DNA of 64,000 nucleotides from Batkoa obscura (Eukaryota): NCBI GenBank assembly GCA_030770535.1, contig JASVEC010000020.1, positions 744,001 to 808,000 of the forward strand, read 5' to 3'. Shown piece by piece: positions 52,277 to 64,000 of this stretch (position 1 is its first letter; each line of letters starts with the position of its first letter). The notes under the pieces were generated by a model. It saw only the letters and a program-made list of their open reading frames with translations, ran no database searches and was not told where the DNA came from. The position numbers and the translations under genes were made by a program.

Positions 52277-54545
52277 ATGTCTAGGGATTTATATGACAGA
52301 GAGAGGAACGAAACCTATTTAAACTCAAACTCAACTAATTATCAAGAAGATGAAAGGTTCCCTACCGGACTTAAAGAAAGGACGAATGAAATGACCATAG
52401 GGTCGCCGCGTGCTAGATCAAATTCGACTTCTAGATCCTCATCAAAAGTGCGGTTTAATGACAATTGTTATCACTCAAACTCAAACCCGTCTATAAGGGC
52501 AAACGAAAACCAAGACTACAACCCTCATCCTCATGATGGAAATAGTTATCAAAACGAGCATACAGCTGCTTACAGAAGGTATAAAAGCCGCAGCCGTAGT
52601 CTAAGTCGATCAAAAAGTCCAATTGCTCATCACCCAGGATTAAGTTACCCAACCGGAGATACCGCTGATCCAGTTGATCAAACTGAACCAACCACACATT
52701 CTAGGGAAGGGCTTAGAGAAAATAGGAATGATAGAGACGATTGGTATTATAATAAACAAAGAGGTTGGGATGATCGAGACGTAGCATATAGGAGTAGAGA
52801 CTACCTTGAAAGTAATCCCGGTTATCGTTCTAGGTCTCATAGACACGAGGATGACTTGTCACCAGGAGAAAGGGAGTATAGTAGAGATTACCACTATTCT
52901 AGGGGGAGGCGTAAACCTTATTTTGATCATTATGCTGGCTCAGGCTATCACGGGTTGGATAGGAGGAGAGAAAGAGACAGCTACCCTTCTAGATTTGACA
53001 GCAGACCTAGGTTTAATCGTTTCCGACCCAGAGAATACAGATGGGACTATGGTGATTCAAGGGGAAGGGCTCGAAATAGAAGTAGAGAATACTCTCGAAG
53101 GGATCACAGCCCTTCGCCTAGATATTATGGCCGAGAAAGCATACAAAGTCCAGGTAATTTGATAGTTCGTCATTTATAATAATTTTTAAAGATAACTAGA
53201 TAGTGGATATGGAAGAGGATTTGATCCTAGGGAAAGAGAGCTAGACAGAGAGCTTCAATTAAGATATGGCGATAAATTTGGGAGAGATTTTTCAAGGGCA
53301 GAATCAAGATCACCAACTCGCTCAGCTGTTAAACCACAGATGTTGGAAAGATCAAGGTCACAATCTCCATTAAGTTCGGGTAAATCAGAAGAAGGAGCAC
53401 TGACACCTTCACCTAAACCACTATCACCATTGAATAATGAGACTGCAACAAATGGTATTGAAAATAAGTTTAAGGAAATGAGCATTGAAAATGGCCCCAA
53501 TAAAGACGGTTTTTCTCAAGCAAAAAGCGTAGGGAATATCGACTCTCAGGAAAAGAATGATGTTATTAAAGTGGAGGAAAATAATTTGTCGTATTCAAGA
53601 GAATCTTTACAAGATGAAATAAAATCTAGTCATGATTCTAAGACTTTTGCAAGAGAAGAAGAAATCACTGTATCATTTGTATCAAACACAACCCCCGCAG
53701 AATCTTTAAATACAGTTGTTGAATCAACTACAAATGATTATTTTCAGGCTGAAAATCAAAATATGCTGTTACATAATTCAACTCAAACTTTAGAAGCACC
53801 TTATTATATTCGACATCTTAACAGGGAACCAACTGAGAGCGTCAAAGGTGACCAGAACCTTCATCTGAATGAGTCGTTTAATTTACCTGAGAGACAAGAA
53901 GCCTATGAAAATAACAAAACATCAGATTCTCCGTTTCAAAGTAATGCGCCTCATTGGCATAATCCGCCATCTCAAAGTGACAAGCCTGAAACTTTGCTGC
54001 CTCAGCCACCGACTATGATGCCTAATCTTCACCATCAGCCTATTAATAACTTGAACCTAATAAACTCAGTCAACCTACCTAAAAGCAATCCGTTCCGCTC
54101 AGCCAAACCAGTGATTTCGCACCCTACACCTGTCCGCAAAGAACCTTTAAGAGAAAAGCCACGACCAGATTGGACACCTCCTAATCCACGATTTGGGTCG
54201 AGTGAACATCGACCCAATACCTGGAACTCAGCACCAAGGTCTTCGCCCATTACCCATGGCTTCACTAGAGGTCCTTTTCCACGAAGGCCTTCAAGGGCAG
54301 TTAATCGACGTAAACCGGATTTCTTATTGGAATACGAATGCCAGCTGTATCCTCACCCATGGCCTGAAGAAATCAACAATGAATTCTTAATGCGTCGACA
54401 GGAACTTGTTAAAGTTGGTAGAGCGAATATTGATATTTTAACGGATCTAGCACGTACTCAGTTTGAACTGGAATTATTGGAGTTGGAAGTGTTTAGGTTG
54501 GAAAGTGCCTTGCAAACCAAAGAACCAAAGGAAGCTTTGGATTGA
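52277..54545 (+). CDS. Arg/Ser/Asp-rich then Pro-rich low-complexity protein with C-terminal coiled coil (unknown)
   Basis: ORFs 52277-53179 and 53340-54545 linked via an intron at about 53153-53199; higher GC than flanks. Confidence 0.75.
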
Positions 54546-54986
54546 GTTTGAAAAGAGAATATGATTATAACGGATTGAGTATTAAGAGATTAGTGTTTTT
54601 TATAATTGTTTGCTAGTGATATGTGGTTTAGTTTTTAGTTTAACTTGAATAAAAACTTTGCTATATTATAATGCTTTTGGTTTGTCTAATGATTTTTATA
54701 TAGCTGTTTGTCGTGATGTAGGTTTATGATAAGTAGCAATATTAAATAGGAATAATAGTTTAAGTTGAAAGAGTGTATAATCATCAATGATGTTTATTTG
54801 ACACTATATAATAATTGATTTTCTTATATAGATTTTTGTGGATTAAAAAAACTAAAAAGTATGAATTTATTTAAGCCAATTAAACTTGCCTTATCTACAA
54901 CCTATTTCTACGTAATAGTTAAAAAGACCTAACTTCAACTTTAAATTTCTAATTTTTTGAGGTTTAATATATTTTTATCTACTATC

Positions 54987-57900
54987 ATGAGTTTATTACA
55001 ATCTCTACATAGTACCTCTCTTTCAAAAGATAATTTGACAAAATCACCTCCACCTATACAGCCTAATGTAATCATAAAGGCAAAGTATCCGGATTACCTA
55101 TGTGATTATGATTCAACTAATAATTTCCAATCCCGTGGGGAGTATACCAACTTATTTATTAATCCCAGTAGTTTGTTGATGAACTACCAATCTCTGTTGA
55201 GTGCTCATCCGAACTACTTAAGGTTTAATTCACATCCTAATGATATCAGTAGATCCATCCAAAACAATAATAATTCAGACAAAGACAATAAAGAAGTAGG
55301 AAGTGGAATTTTAAGTTTAATACAGATTAAAGAGAATTTGGAAATAACAGCGGATAAAGTGTTCTTTTCTGATTTAAATTTAGATGGAAGTTGTTTGGCA
55401 GTGGTGGGGGATGCGGATGGGAAGGTTAGGTTTTTTAAGCTAGAGATTAAAGAAAGTGAGATTGAGGTGAGAGTTTTATATAATAACTTTTCTTTGCAAG
55501 TTTTTTTTTAAAAAAAAGATGATTGGATATTGATTTTAATGTTAACATTTTTTTAAAAAGGTAGATAATTATACTGTTGGTATTATAAGTTCAAAAATAT
55601 CTAGTTGCGTATTCATTAAATGTCAAACAGAAGGTTTTCAAGGGTTGGAAAATTTAGCGGTAGTTATGGGTTTACAGAATGGGTAATTTATAATAATAAT
55701 GTTTTTGTTTTTAAAGATAACGTAATTAATTTACATATATATAAAGCGACTTAATCAAATGGGATATCAATGATGCAAGAATTGTGACAAGTCAGAGTTT
55801 GGATATGGAGATTGTCTCATTGCAAGCAGCTGGAAATAATGATTCTCATATTTTAGTAAGGGGCTTGACAAAGACTTGGCTACTGAAGAGTGATACTTTG
55901 GAGGTAAGTGAATATATTGTGTATAGCTATAATTAATAAAATGGATAGTTTTTAATAGATGTAACTAAATATAGTGGGTATAGTAAGGTGTTTTCGTTAC
56001 CTATTGGAGATCATACCGTAGATGAAATGCCCTCGGTTTTTATAGCAGAAGATGGTAGAGTAGCTATCGGTACTGTTAATCTAAATTCAGTGAATGGTAG
56101 TATTGGAGTAGATGATCATATAACGGATACTATTATTAATGTAAAATACCATTTACATTTAAAGAATTTCATGGCCATTGGGTGTGACTTTATGAGTTTT
56201 CCTTTAAAAGAAAACGAAGATGTATTATTTGAAGAAACAAACGATTATTTATTGGTTATTTATTCAAAGGAGGAGTATTTGGTAATTCTAAAAAAATGTT
56301 TTATATGTCATAATTTTTTATAATTATTTTAGATATTAAGAACAGAAGATTTTAATAAAATCACTCCAATTAGTTCAATAATAAGATTCAAAAGTAACGA
56401 TAAAAAGGAAAACAACAAAATAGCCAATATAGTATTTTTAAATAATAAGTATTTAATGATTTATGATTTATTCAATGTCCCGTTTTTGTATAAAATTAGT
56501 AAAGATGGCAATATTAACCACAAAAATGATTTATTAAATAAAAGTATTCAATCGCGCTTATATGATGATATTTTGTGTGTAATTCAACCAAAGAATAAAA
56601 CACTAAATAGCAGTTTTATACTAAATGTAAAGGTACAGCAAAATAAACTGACATTTGAGGGCTGTTATCTGGAGTCTATGATTGAAGATGATAAAATGGA
56701 ACCGGTTACTGGGGAATATTCGAATAATAATATAGAAAAAGGACAAAGTCAACTTGTGTCTACTTTCATGACCCCGGTAACTTTAGGTAAAGAATCTTGT
56801 ATCAGTGATTGGCTGGCTAAAGGGTATGAGGATGGTAGGATACTATTATCACCATTGTATAGGCTATTTGATCAGCTTATAAGTTCAAAGGATAATAATA
56901 ATAACGGCGATGATAAATATGAAATAGAAAATGAAACTACTAAATGGTTGATAGGACATACAGCTCCCATCACTTGGCTGTTAGAGCCTGCGCCCAGTCG
57001 ATTGAATACCAAATTATTCCTATTGTCGGGGGATGCGATTGGTATGGTAAAGCTATGGGAATTAAGCACAGGTGTTTGTTTAGCTACATTTAATTGTCAT
57101 AATTGTGGTGTGATTAAAATGTTTCAATTACCTTTACCAAGAGGAGAGAAAAGTAAAAATGAAGAACCTAAAAGTAAGATGGATAGATTGAGGATTTCAC
57201 AGCTTGTATTTACGATTGGAAGTAATTATTCTATTGCTGTATTGGATTTAAAAAGGATGATTTGTTTAGGAAAAATTGAAAATAGCTTGAGCCCAATTTA
57301 TAAAGTGGTTTATTATTCTTTGCCATATTCTGGATTTATGGTGGTTTATAATAGCGGTAGCTTTTCAAATTGGAAGATTGAAGCAGATAGTATTTGTAGA
57401 GAAAAAAACCAAACAGTTTTGGATAAATTTCAGTTTCCATTTCAATTAAATGAAGATGTATGGGATTGTGGTATACTTTTGAATGACAAAATCTCAAAAA
57501 ACCTAAAGACTACGACATCTATTTTTTCGTATACCATTAATTCAATTACAAAGGAATATCCTTTATTAAGAGTGTTTGAGATCGATTTAAGGAAGTTGGC
57601 ACATGATTTTAATAATGATACAACGCCTTCAATACGGTTTTTTACAGGAATTACATTAATTTACCCTAATTTGAAAGAAAATTCGGATAGAAAAAACAAA
57701 ATGCTGGGGTATTCTTCTGCTTCGATATTAAGGCAGGACAAAGCAAATTTTCTAGATAATAACCAACAGCAAGAGGAAAAGATTAACATAGCTGAGCATT
57801 TAATGAAGTTTATTTATTCTTATTTAACATCTTCAACGAATCAAACAGTTTTCAATAATTTTTTAGAAGAAGAGAAATTGAATCAATACAACAATAACCC

Positions 57901-59578
57901 TTGCTTAAGATTGGTTATTAAGGGACCAAATGACACTTTATCTTTTTTAAATTGTAAAAGTGTCTATTGCAGCAGCCATGATGATAAGAGGATATGGACA
58001 ACCTCACCTTATTATACCTCTATACGTTTATTACCCATATTGAGCATGGCTAAATTTGTGCTATCAAAAGACGGTAGTGAAAGTAAGATTATTGAAGTTA
58101 TAACGAATTATGGCTCTTTATTAAAAGAGAGTATTGGGGATCAGTTTCAATTTCCATCGTTAGAATATTTAATTCAGTATTGGGCAGATGTTGATACTGA
58201 AATTCAGCATGCAGCTAGATCATTGTTTTTATCGAGTTTTATACAATTATCAAGTGAAACTAAGTTTCAAATTTTGTTTTATTACGAATCTTTTTTACCC
58301 GAAATTTTACCTGAAGATTTGATTTATTCCAAACACGCTATCTCAGCTACTCTCATTTTGGCAACGATTTTGAGTGAACATCCTACACTTATAGATAACT
58401 CTCATTCTAGGCAACTCATTTCTCAAGCTTTAGAATGGATTTTATCCTATCATGCCAATTTGAACTATAGAAAAATAGCTGTCAATATTTTAACTAGATC
58501 TTTCTCACAGTTCGAACCTTATGTGGATGGTATCTTTATATTAAAATGTGTTTATGAAATGATTAACAATCCCAGTAACACCTTAAGAGAAGCAGCTTAT
58601 CAAGCGATATTACAAATAGCTATATCTAACCCAATATTGTTGATATCTTCATTCGGATTAACAAAGGAAATAGAAGAGCTAAAATCAATATTAAAATTGA
58701 TACCTTATTTTATAAAAAAGAAAAAGTCGTTGTTGTTTAATTATATTGCTCCAACAGTAGAAGTTATATTAAAAGCATTAAATCCAAAGGAACTGGATAG
58801 AAATCAACACCTTTTACCACTAGCTACTCAAGCTATCCATGACCTAGTGACTAATTATGGTATGGTAGATTTTCACAGTGAAACTCAAAGATTAGCAGTT
58901 GGATTAAGGGAAGGCGCAGCTATTATCTATGATGTACGTACATGTACTAGGTATCTTGTATTGGAAGGCTATATGACACCCATCACATCTTTATGCTTTT
59001 CACCAGATGGCAAATTATTGGCTACTTTTTCATTGATGGAGCAGGTGCTAAAAGTGTGGCATACTTCTGCTGGGCTGTTTAGTATGCTGACAAAATCATT
59101 AAGATCCGTCACCCCTAATCAATTGAGTAATTTTGGGGGGAATGGAAGAGAGGATAGTAGATACAATCATTCCCCTCCATCATTAGCCTCTATGTTTTCA
59201 ATGGAAAATGAAAGGCTCAAAAGTTCATCAGTCTCAGCACCTACTTCAGGAAGAAGTTCACCATTTAATACTTTGCCAGCTGGGTTTCAACCAACAAGTA
59301 TGAAAAATGTGAACTCAAATACATTAATGCCACCACCTAGCGTAACTTCAGGGTTTTTAAGTACATCACCAGCACCGTATAGAACATTCAATGTTAAAAT
59401 GGAAGAGGAGGAACAGTGTCCAAGTAAGTTTTACTAATGAAGATAACGGATTTAGTTATTGATTACTTTCTATTTAGTTTCCCCAACAACGATTATGCAG
59501 TCAGCAGAGTTGATGTTTACTGGGCCTAGATCGATTAAATTGATAATCAATGGGTTGGAGTTGTGTTTTAATATCTAG
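54987..59578 (+). CDS. WDR7/WDR72 (rabconnectin-3 beta)-like WD40 protein, multi-exon
   Basis: GHTAPITWL..LSGD..VKLWE; helical middle region; C-terminal FHSETQRLAVG..IIYDVRT..LEG..ITSLCFSPDGKLLATFS..LKVW. Confidence 0.8.
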
Positions 59579-60214
59579 AAAAAGACCTAAGCGGAATAAG
59601 ACTAGGATGGAGTTTACAGCTAATATGCGAATTAGTGGAATGAGTGAGGAGAACAACTAAAATTAAGGTTTCTACAGTACCAAGATAAATCGTCCTAAAA
59701 ACTGAAGCACTCGTTTTTGAGTGTTCATTTCTCAATAAATAATAAATAAAAAAAGGCTCTTTTTTATTATATTTAAATACCATGTTAATATACATATTAA
59801 GTATCACTTTTATAGCTTTCATATTGAATTAACTATAACACCTAAAATCAATACTAACATATTGGCATTGGGCATTTTTTGGGAAATTTGGACAGTGGGA
59901 ATCATTATAATTAATTGAAAGTAAAAAAGCTGCAAATTTGAACTGAGAATTAAGCACTAAATAATTCATAAAATACCATTATTATCTTTTAAAAGGTAGC
60001 ATCGTAAAAAACTCATATCTATAAAAAAGTAAGCTAAAAAGCTTATATGTAAAAAAAGTTTTTTCAATAATTTAAAATTTTACAATTAACAGTGAAATTT
60101 AAACAAAATAAAATAAAATAAAATATAAAAATAAAAACAAAAAAAGTTTCGTAATGTTCAGCTTAATCTAGTAATCTAAGATAAAACATATAGCTTTTAA
60201 AATAAGCAAAATAT

Positions 60215-60312
60215 GGGGCTGTATTTTTGTGTTTAAGAATTTTACTAATAATTTTTCCGCCTAAATAGCGCTTAAAAATGGGAAAAATAATGAAGTCAAA
60301 AAAAACACTCCC
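60215..60312 (-). mobile_element. MITE family A copy
   Basis: ATAT-GGGGCTG...CACTCCC-ATAT; shares the GGGAGTG...GACTTC variant with the copy at 945. Confidence 0.9.
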
Positions 60313-61046
60313 ATATAGTTATAGAACTTGGTTTATATTTAATTTAAGTTAGTAGCATATGGTATTTTCTAAATCTTGATAAAATACTTTATATAAATAA
60401 TTTAATTATTTCTGAAAAAATTTGTTATATAAGATATGGGGATGTATTTAATAGTTTATAAAAATCTTATAAAAACTTTTAGCCTCATAAAAAATCGATT
60501 TAAATCAATTCAAATTCTAAAATTTTAAAATAAACATTTCATTTTGAAAAGACTTGAATACAACTAATGAAACAGTTGTTAGATCATATCATTGATATTA
60601 TGATGATATAGTAAAGTTTTGCTACTAATCCAATTTAAACGTAAGCTATATACCAATGATCCAGCTTAATTATATAGCTACTTTTAGACTACAACAGACT
60701 TAAGTGAGATAAGCCTTGAATTGAATTAGTAATAACTAGGATAGTAATAAGGTTTTTAATATAATGAATATTTTAAATGTTGTATTCTAAAAATAACATT
60801 ATGATCTTTAATAGCTCGGCACTTAATTGTTGAACCCTTCAGTAGATTAACGCGGAATGCTCTAGATATTTTTACATAAAATTATAGCCTAAAATATTAA
60901 ATTTAATTCGCTTAATTATATTTTTAAAAAGGACCGAAGACTGAAGAATAAATATTCTTATTAAAAAAGAGCCGAAAACTGACGAATATTCATATTTAAG
61001 CATAAAATGAGAGTGACAATACAGTTTTATTTATAATTAAAGGTGA

Positions 61047-62471
61047 CTAAGCTTTAATATCATCATGGAAAGGTTTTTTACCATTTAAATACAAATATTT
61101 TATAATAGCAACAAAAAAGAAGCCCAGAAAATATAATCCTATACCATAATAAATAAGATAGGAGTAATTCTGAGTTAAATCAAAAATAAGACCAGCTAAA
61201 GGAGGCCCACCTAAATCACCAAGACCGGTTGGTGCATAAGCTAGCCCCATCATAGTAGAGAGATTCTCAACACCTAAAACAGAAAATTAGCGAATTATTT
61301 ATATCTAAGTTTAGTATCTTACCAAAGAGCGCAGCACATGCGGTTGGGAAACCACCTGCAAAACCACCAGCAGGGAAACCGTATAAGATCGCAAATACAA
61401 GTAAGACTGGAAAGGTAAAAGCAAAGCGCCAAATAACTAAAATTAAAGTTGATAATAATAAGCATAATGTGTACACTTCAAAATGTCCAAATCTATCGCC
61501 AACAACACCAAGTACAATTCTACCGACAGCATTAGAAGTATTTAATATTGCAACCAAAATAGCGCCTTGACTTGCTGATAAACCAATGAAGGTAGAATAT
61601 GGAGATATGAAATATAAAGGAACTAAATATCCAAAAGCAGCAAAGGTAGTTGAAAGACCAAAAAGGATAAATCTACCATTTAAAACCATTTCTTTTCTAA
61701 GAGGCGCCCTTTCCCTCTTAATATGTTTATCTTCGTTAAGGTACGGCTTAATAACAAGAGCTGAGAATGTTAAACAAGCCAAAAAAATAAAGGCATTGTA
61801 TCTCAAAGTCCATTGGTATCCAGAATAAGGTAATAACTTGGCATTCAACAAACTAAACACCATACCACCAATACCCGAACCTGCAGTCCCGATCCCAGTA
61901 GCTAAACCACGATGTTTATCGAACCAATGTGTTATAATCGTATTAGCTGGTACATAAACCAAGCCACCTCCCAATCCAAATATAAACCCTTGTGTAATAA
62001 CTAAATGCCAAATCTGAATTCTATTAATATATATATCATTACTTTATGAAATCTATTTACCTCCGTTGAAAATGAAGCTAGTAAATAACTTAATGTTATA
62101 AGTGCAGCACCTGAAAGTGCACATGCCCTAAAACCAAATATATCGCATAATCTTCCAGTTATGATAGAAGCAAAAGCCATCGTAGTAGGGGCAATGGTCC
62201 CAATTAAAGATATTTCCGAATATTTAGCACCTTTGAATACATTGGTATAATAAAATTCAACAAATACCCCAAAACCAGCGGCTACACCAAAAGAACAAGC
62301 TTGCATTAGGAAACTTGCAACAACTATTAGCCAACCATAACCTCCATCTGGTAATACTAATTTACCTTCGTCATGGTTGATAATATTACTATTATTATCT
62401 AAGTAAATAGTATCTTTATTATTAATTTTTGATGAAAAATCGTCTTCTATGATAATAGATTTTCTTTCCAT
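61047..62471 (-). CDS. MFS transporter, MCT/Mch-like (paralog of 44492-45865), 3 exons
   Basis: PDGGYGWLIV, HWFDKHRGLATG, YAPTGLGDL; same first intron position after ASFSTE. Confidence 0.9.
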
Positions 62472-64000
62472 TAAATAAATAAAAATTTAAAATATTTAAA
62501 AACAAAATATTTGTCTAAAATTTACTACCTTTATATATCCTTTTCTTATTCTTACTTGTGCTTGAAATAAAATTCTTATTTTTTTTATTGATTAAACCTT
62601 TATACATTTATTATTCAATATTTGTAACTTTTAAAAAAATTCGAATAACCCCAAAATCCTCATATAGAATTTTAAATAAAGCAGTTCCTAAGAACAAATT
62701 AAGACTGGGTTTAATTGGTGATTTCTAAAATAACAATCAAGTTTTTTTTCAGGGAAATAATTTCGAAAACTCAATAATTTCTTGATTAAACAAAAAATGA
62801 CCACACTTAAGTTTATTAGCATCATTTGGTTCAAATAAAAGGAGTTCGCTTTAATTGTTACGTATTTACACATCTCATTTAATTTTCCTATTTTTTTATT
62901 TTTGAACCTTGAAATCTAACCAAACATTTGCTTTCTATATTGAATCCCAACATGTAAGCTAATGTTGTTTTTAACAAGTAGGAAATACAAATTGTACTTA
63001 TAACAAAATAAAGTAAAACTGCTTAAATAAACTGATAATAATGGAATTTCAATTAATGATAACCATAGCTTGTTAATAAAAATATTATTTATCATTTCAA
63101 TACAGTATTATCTCTTGTTCTTTATTGTTTAAGCACTATCCTCAATGAAAATTTCATATTAAATGGTTGAATTTTGTATAAATTATATACAACTTAACTT
63201 TTATATATTAAGAATAAATAATAAACCTCGGTTTATCTAATTTTTAAAAAGATTGTACAAAATCTCGATGATATTGTATTTCATTAAAGGGTTTAAAAAT
63301 AATAAAAACAAAAATTGTTTATAGTACAACTTCTAAAACCTTAATAATAATAGCATTAATCCAAAGGACGAAACCCTGGCTTATAGGCAATAAATGCTAC
63401 ATCTTATAAAATCCTTATAATAAATAACAGTTGTACAAGATAAAATTTAAATTTAATATACTAAATTTATTGATTTAGCCTGAGAGTGTAGCTTAAAACT
63501 AGGCTAATTACAAGCTATAAGCAAAATAATATTTAAGATAATTTAATATCAAGTTTAGGTCTTTATTATCCTTTATAAATTGTAATTTATAACCTGGTTA
63601 ATATTCCTATTTTTTGTATCAAAAGTAATCGAAATACCTCAATATATATGTCATTAGAAAAAAGAGTGTTTTATTTTAAAGTTTTGGGCTTTTACTGGAA
63701 AATGTTTTGTAAACTTATTATATATTTAATACTATTGTGGTGATTCCTTATGCAACATTCAGTTTTATTTATAAAAAAAACCCTGAAAAAGTTATTTAAA
63801 GCTTGTAAATAGTTTATTCATGAGCGGAAAATTACAAAAACCTGGATAAAATAAAGAGCGAGGTAAGGAATGTACATTGGGAAAGAATTTATAGGGTAAA
63901 GAAAGGCTTTCTAGTTTGTGTTTCTGCTTTAGATTATGATAGGATGTATTGAGCTTATTTGATTTCAGTCTTGTTAATTTTAGTCATATACAAAATAGCT

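Noticed and set aside
62640..63000. Possible degenerate coding remnant (ORF 62688-62873)
   Set aside because: No recognisable motif; cannot be supported without a database search.
63350..63390. tccaaaggacgaaac resembling hammerhead ribozyme stem II plus GAAA
   Set aside because: The required CUGANGA core is absent upstream.

Overview
Very AT-rich eukaryotic DNA with many short GT-AG introns. The gene content (APSES/StuA factor, fungal-type PARP, DHA2 and MCT-type MFS transporters) indicates a fungus, probably an early-diverging lineage (inference). About 21 host protein genes are recognisable: Rap1/Rsr1, DHA2 MFS, a toxin-CT-like protein, bL32m, PARP, StuA, Nudix, Mog1, PHAF1/UPF0183, NIPA, Rab11/Ypt31, Ykt6, two MCT-type MFS, two epoxide-hydrolase-like paralogs, a WDR7-like protein and several unknowns, plus an intron-containing tRNA-Ile(UAU). 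The most striking structure is a DNA transposon system. A 2.47-kb element (1048-3512) has GGGG...CCCC imperfect TIRs, an ATAT target-site duplication and an intact Sola-like DDD transposase. About 19 copies of a related ~98-bp MITE with AWWT TSDs accompany it, some inserted into each other's TSD. Repeats in the window diverge almost entirely by transitions without indels, suggesting a RIP-like or methylation-driven mutational process. Other notable items are a eukaryotic protein resembling bacterial polymorphic-toxin C-terminal domains, a voltage-sensor-like protein with a nearly uncharged S4, and hydrolase paralogs differing in nucleophile and targeting. Exon boundaries and alignments were read by eye.
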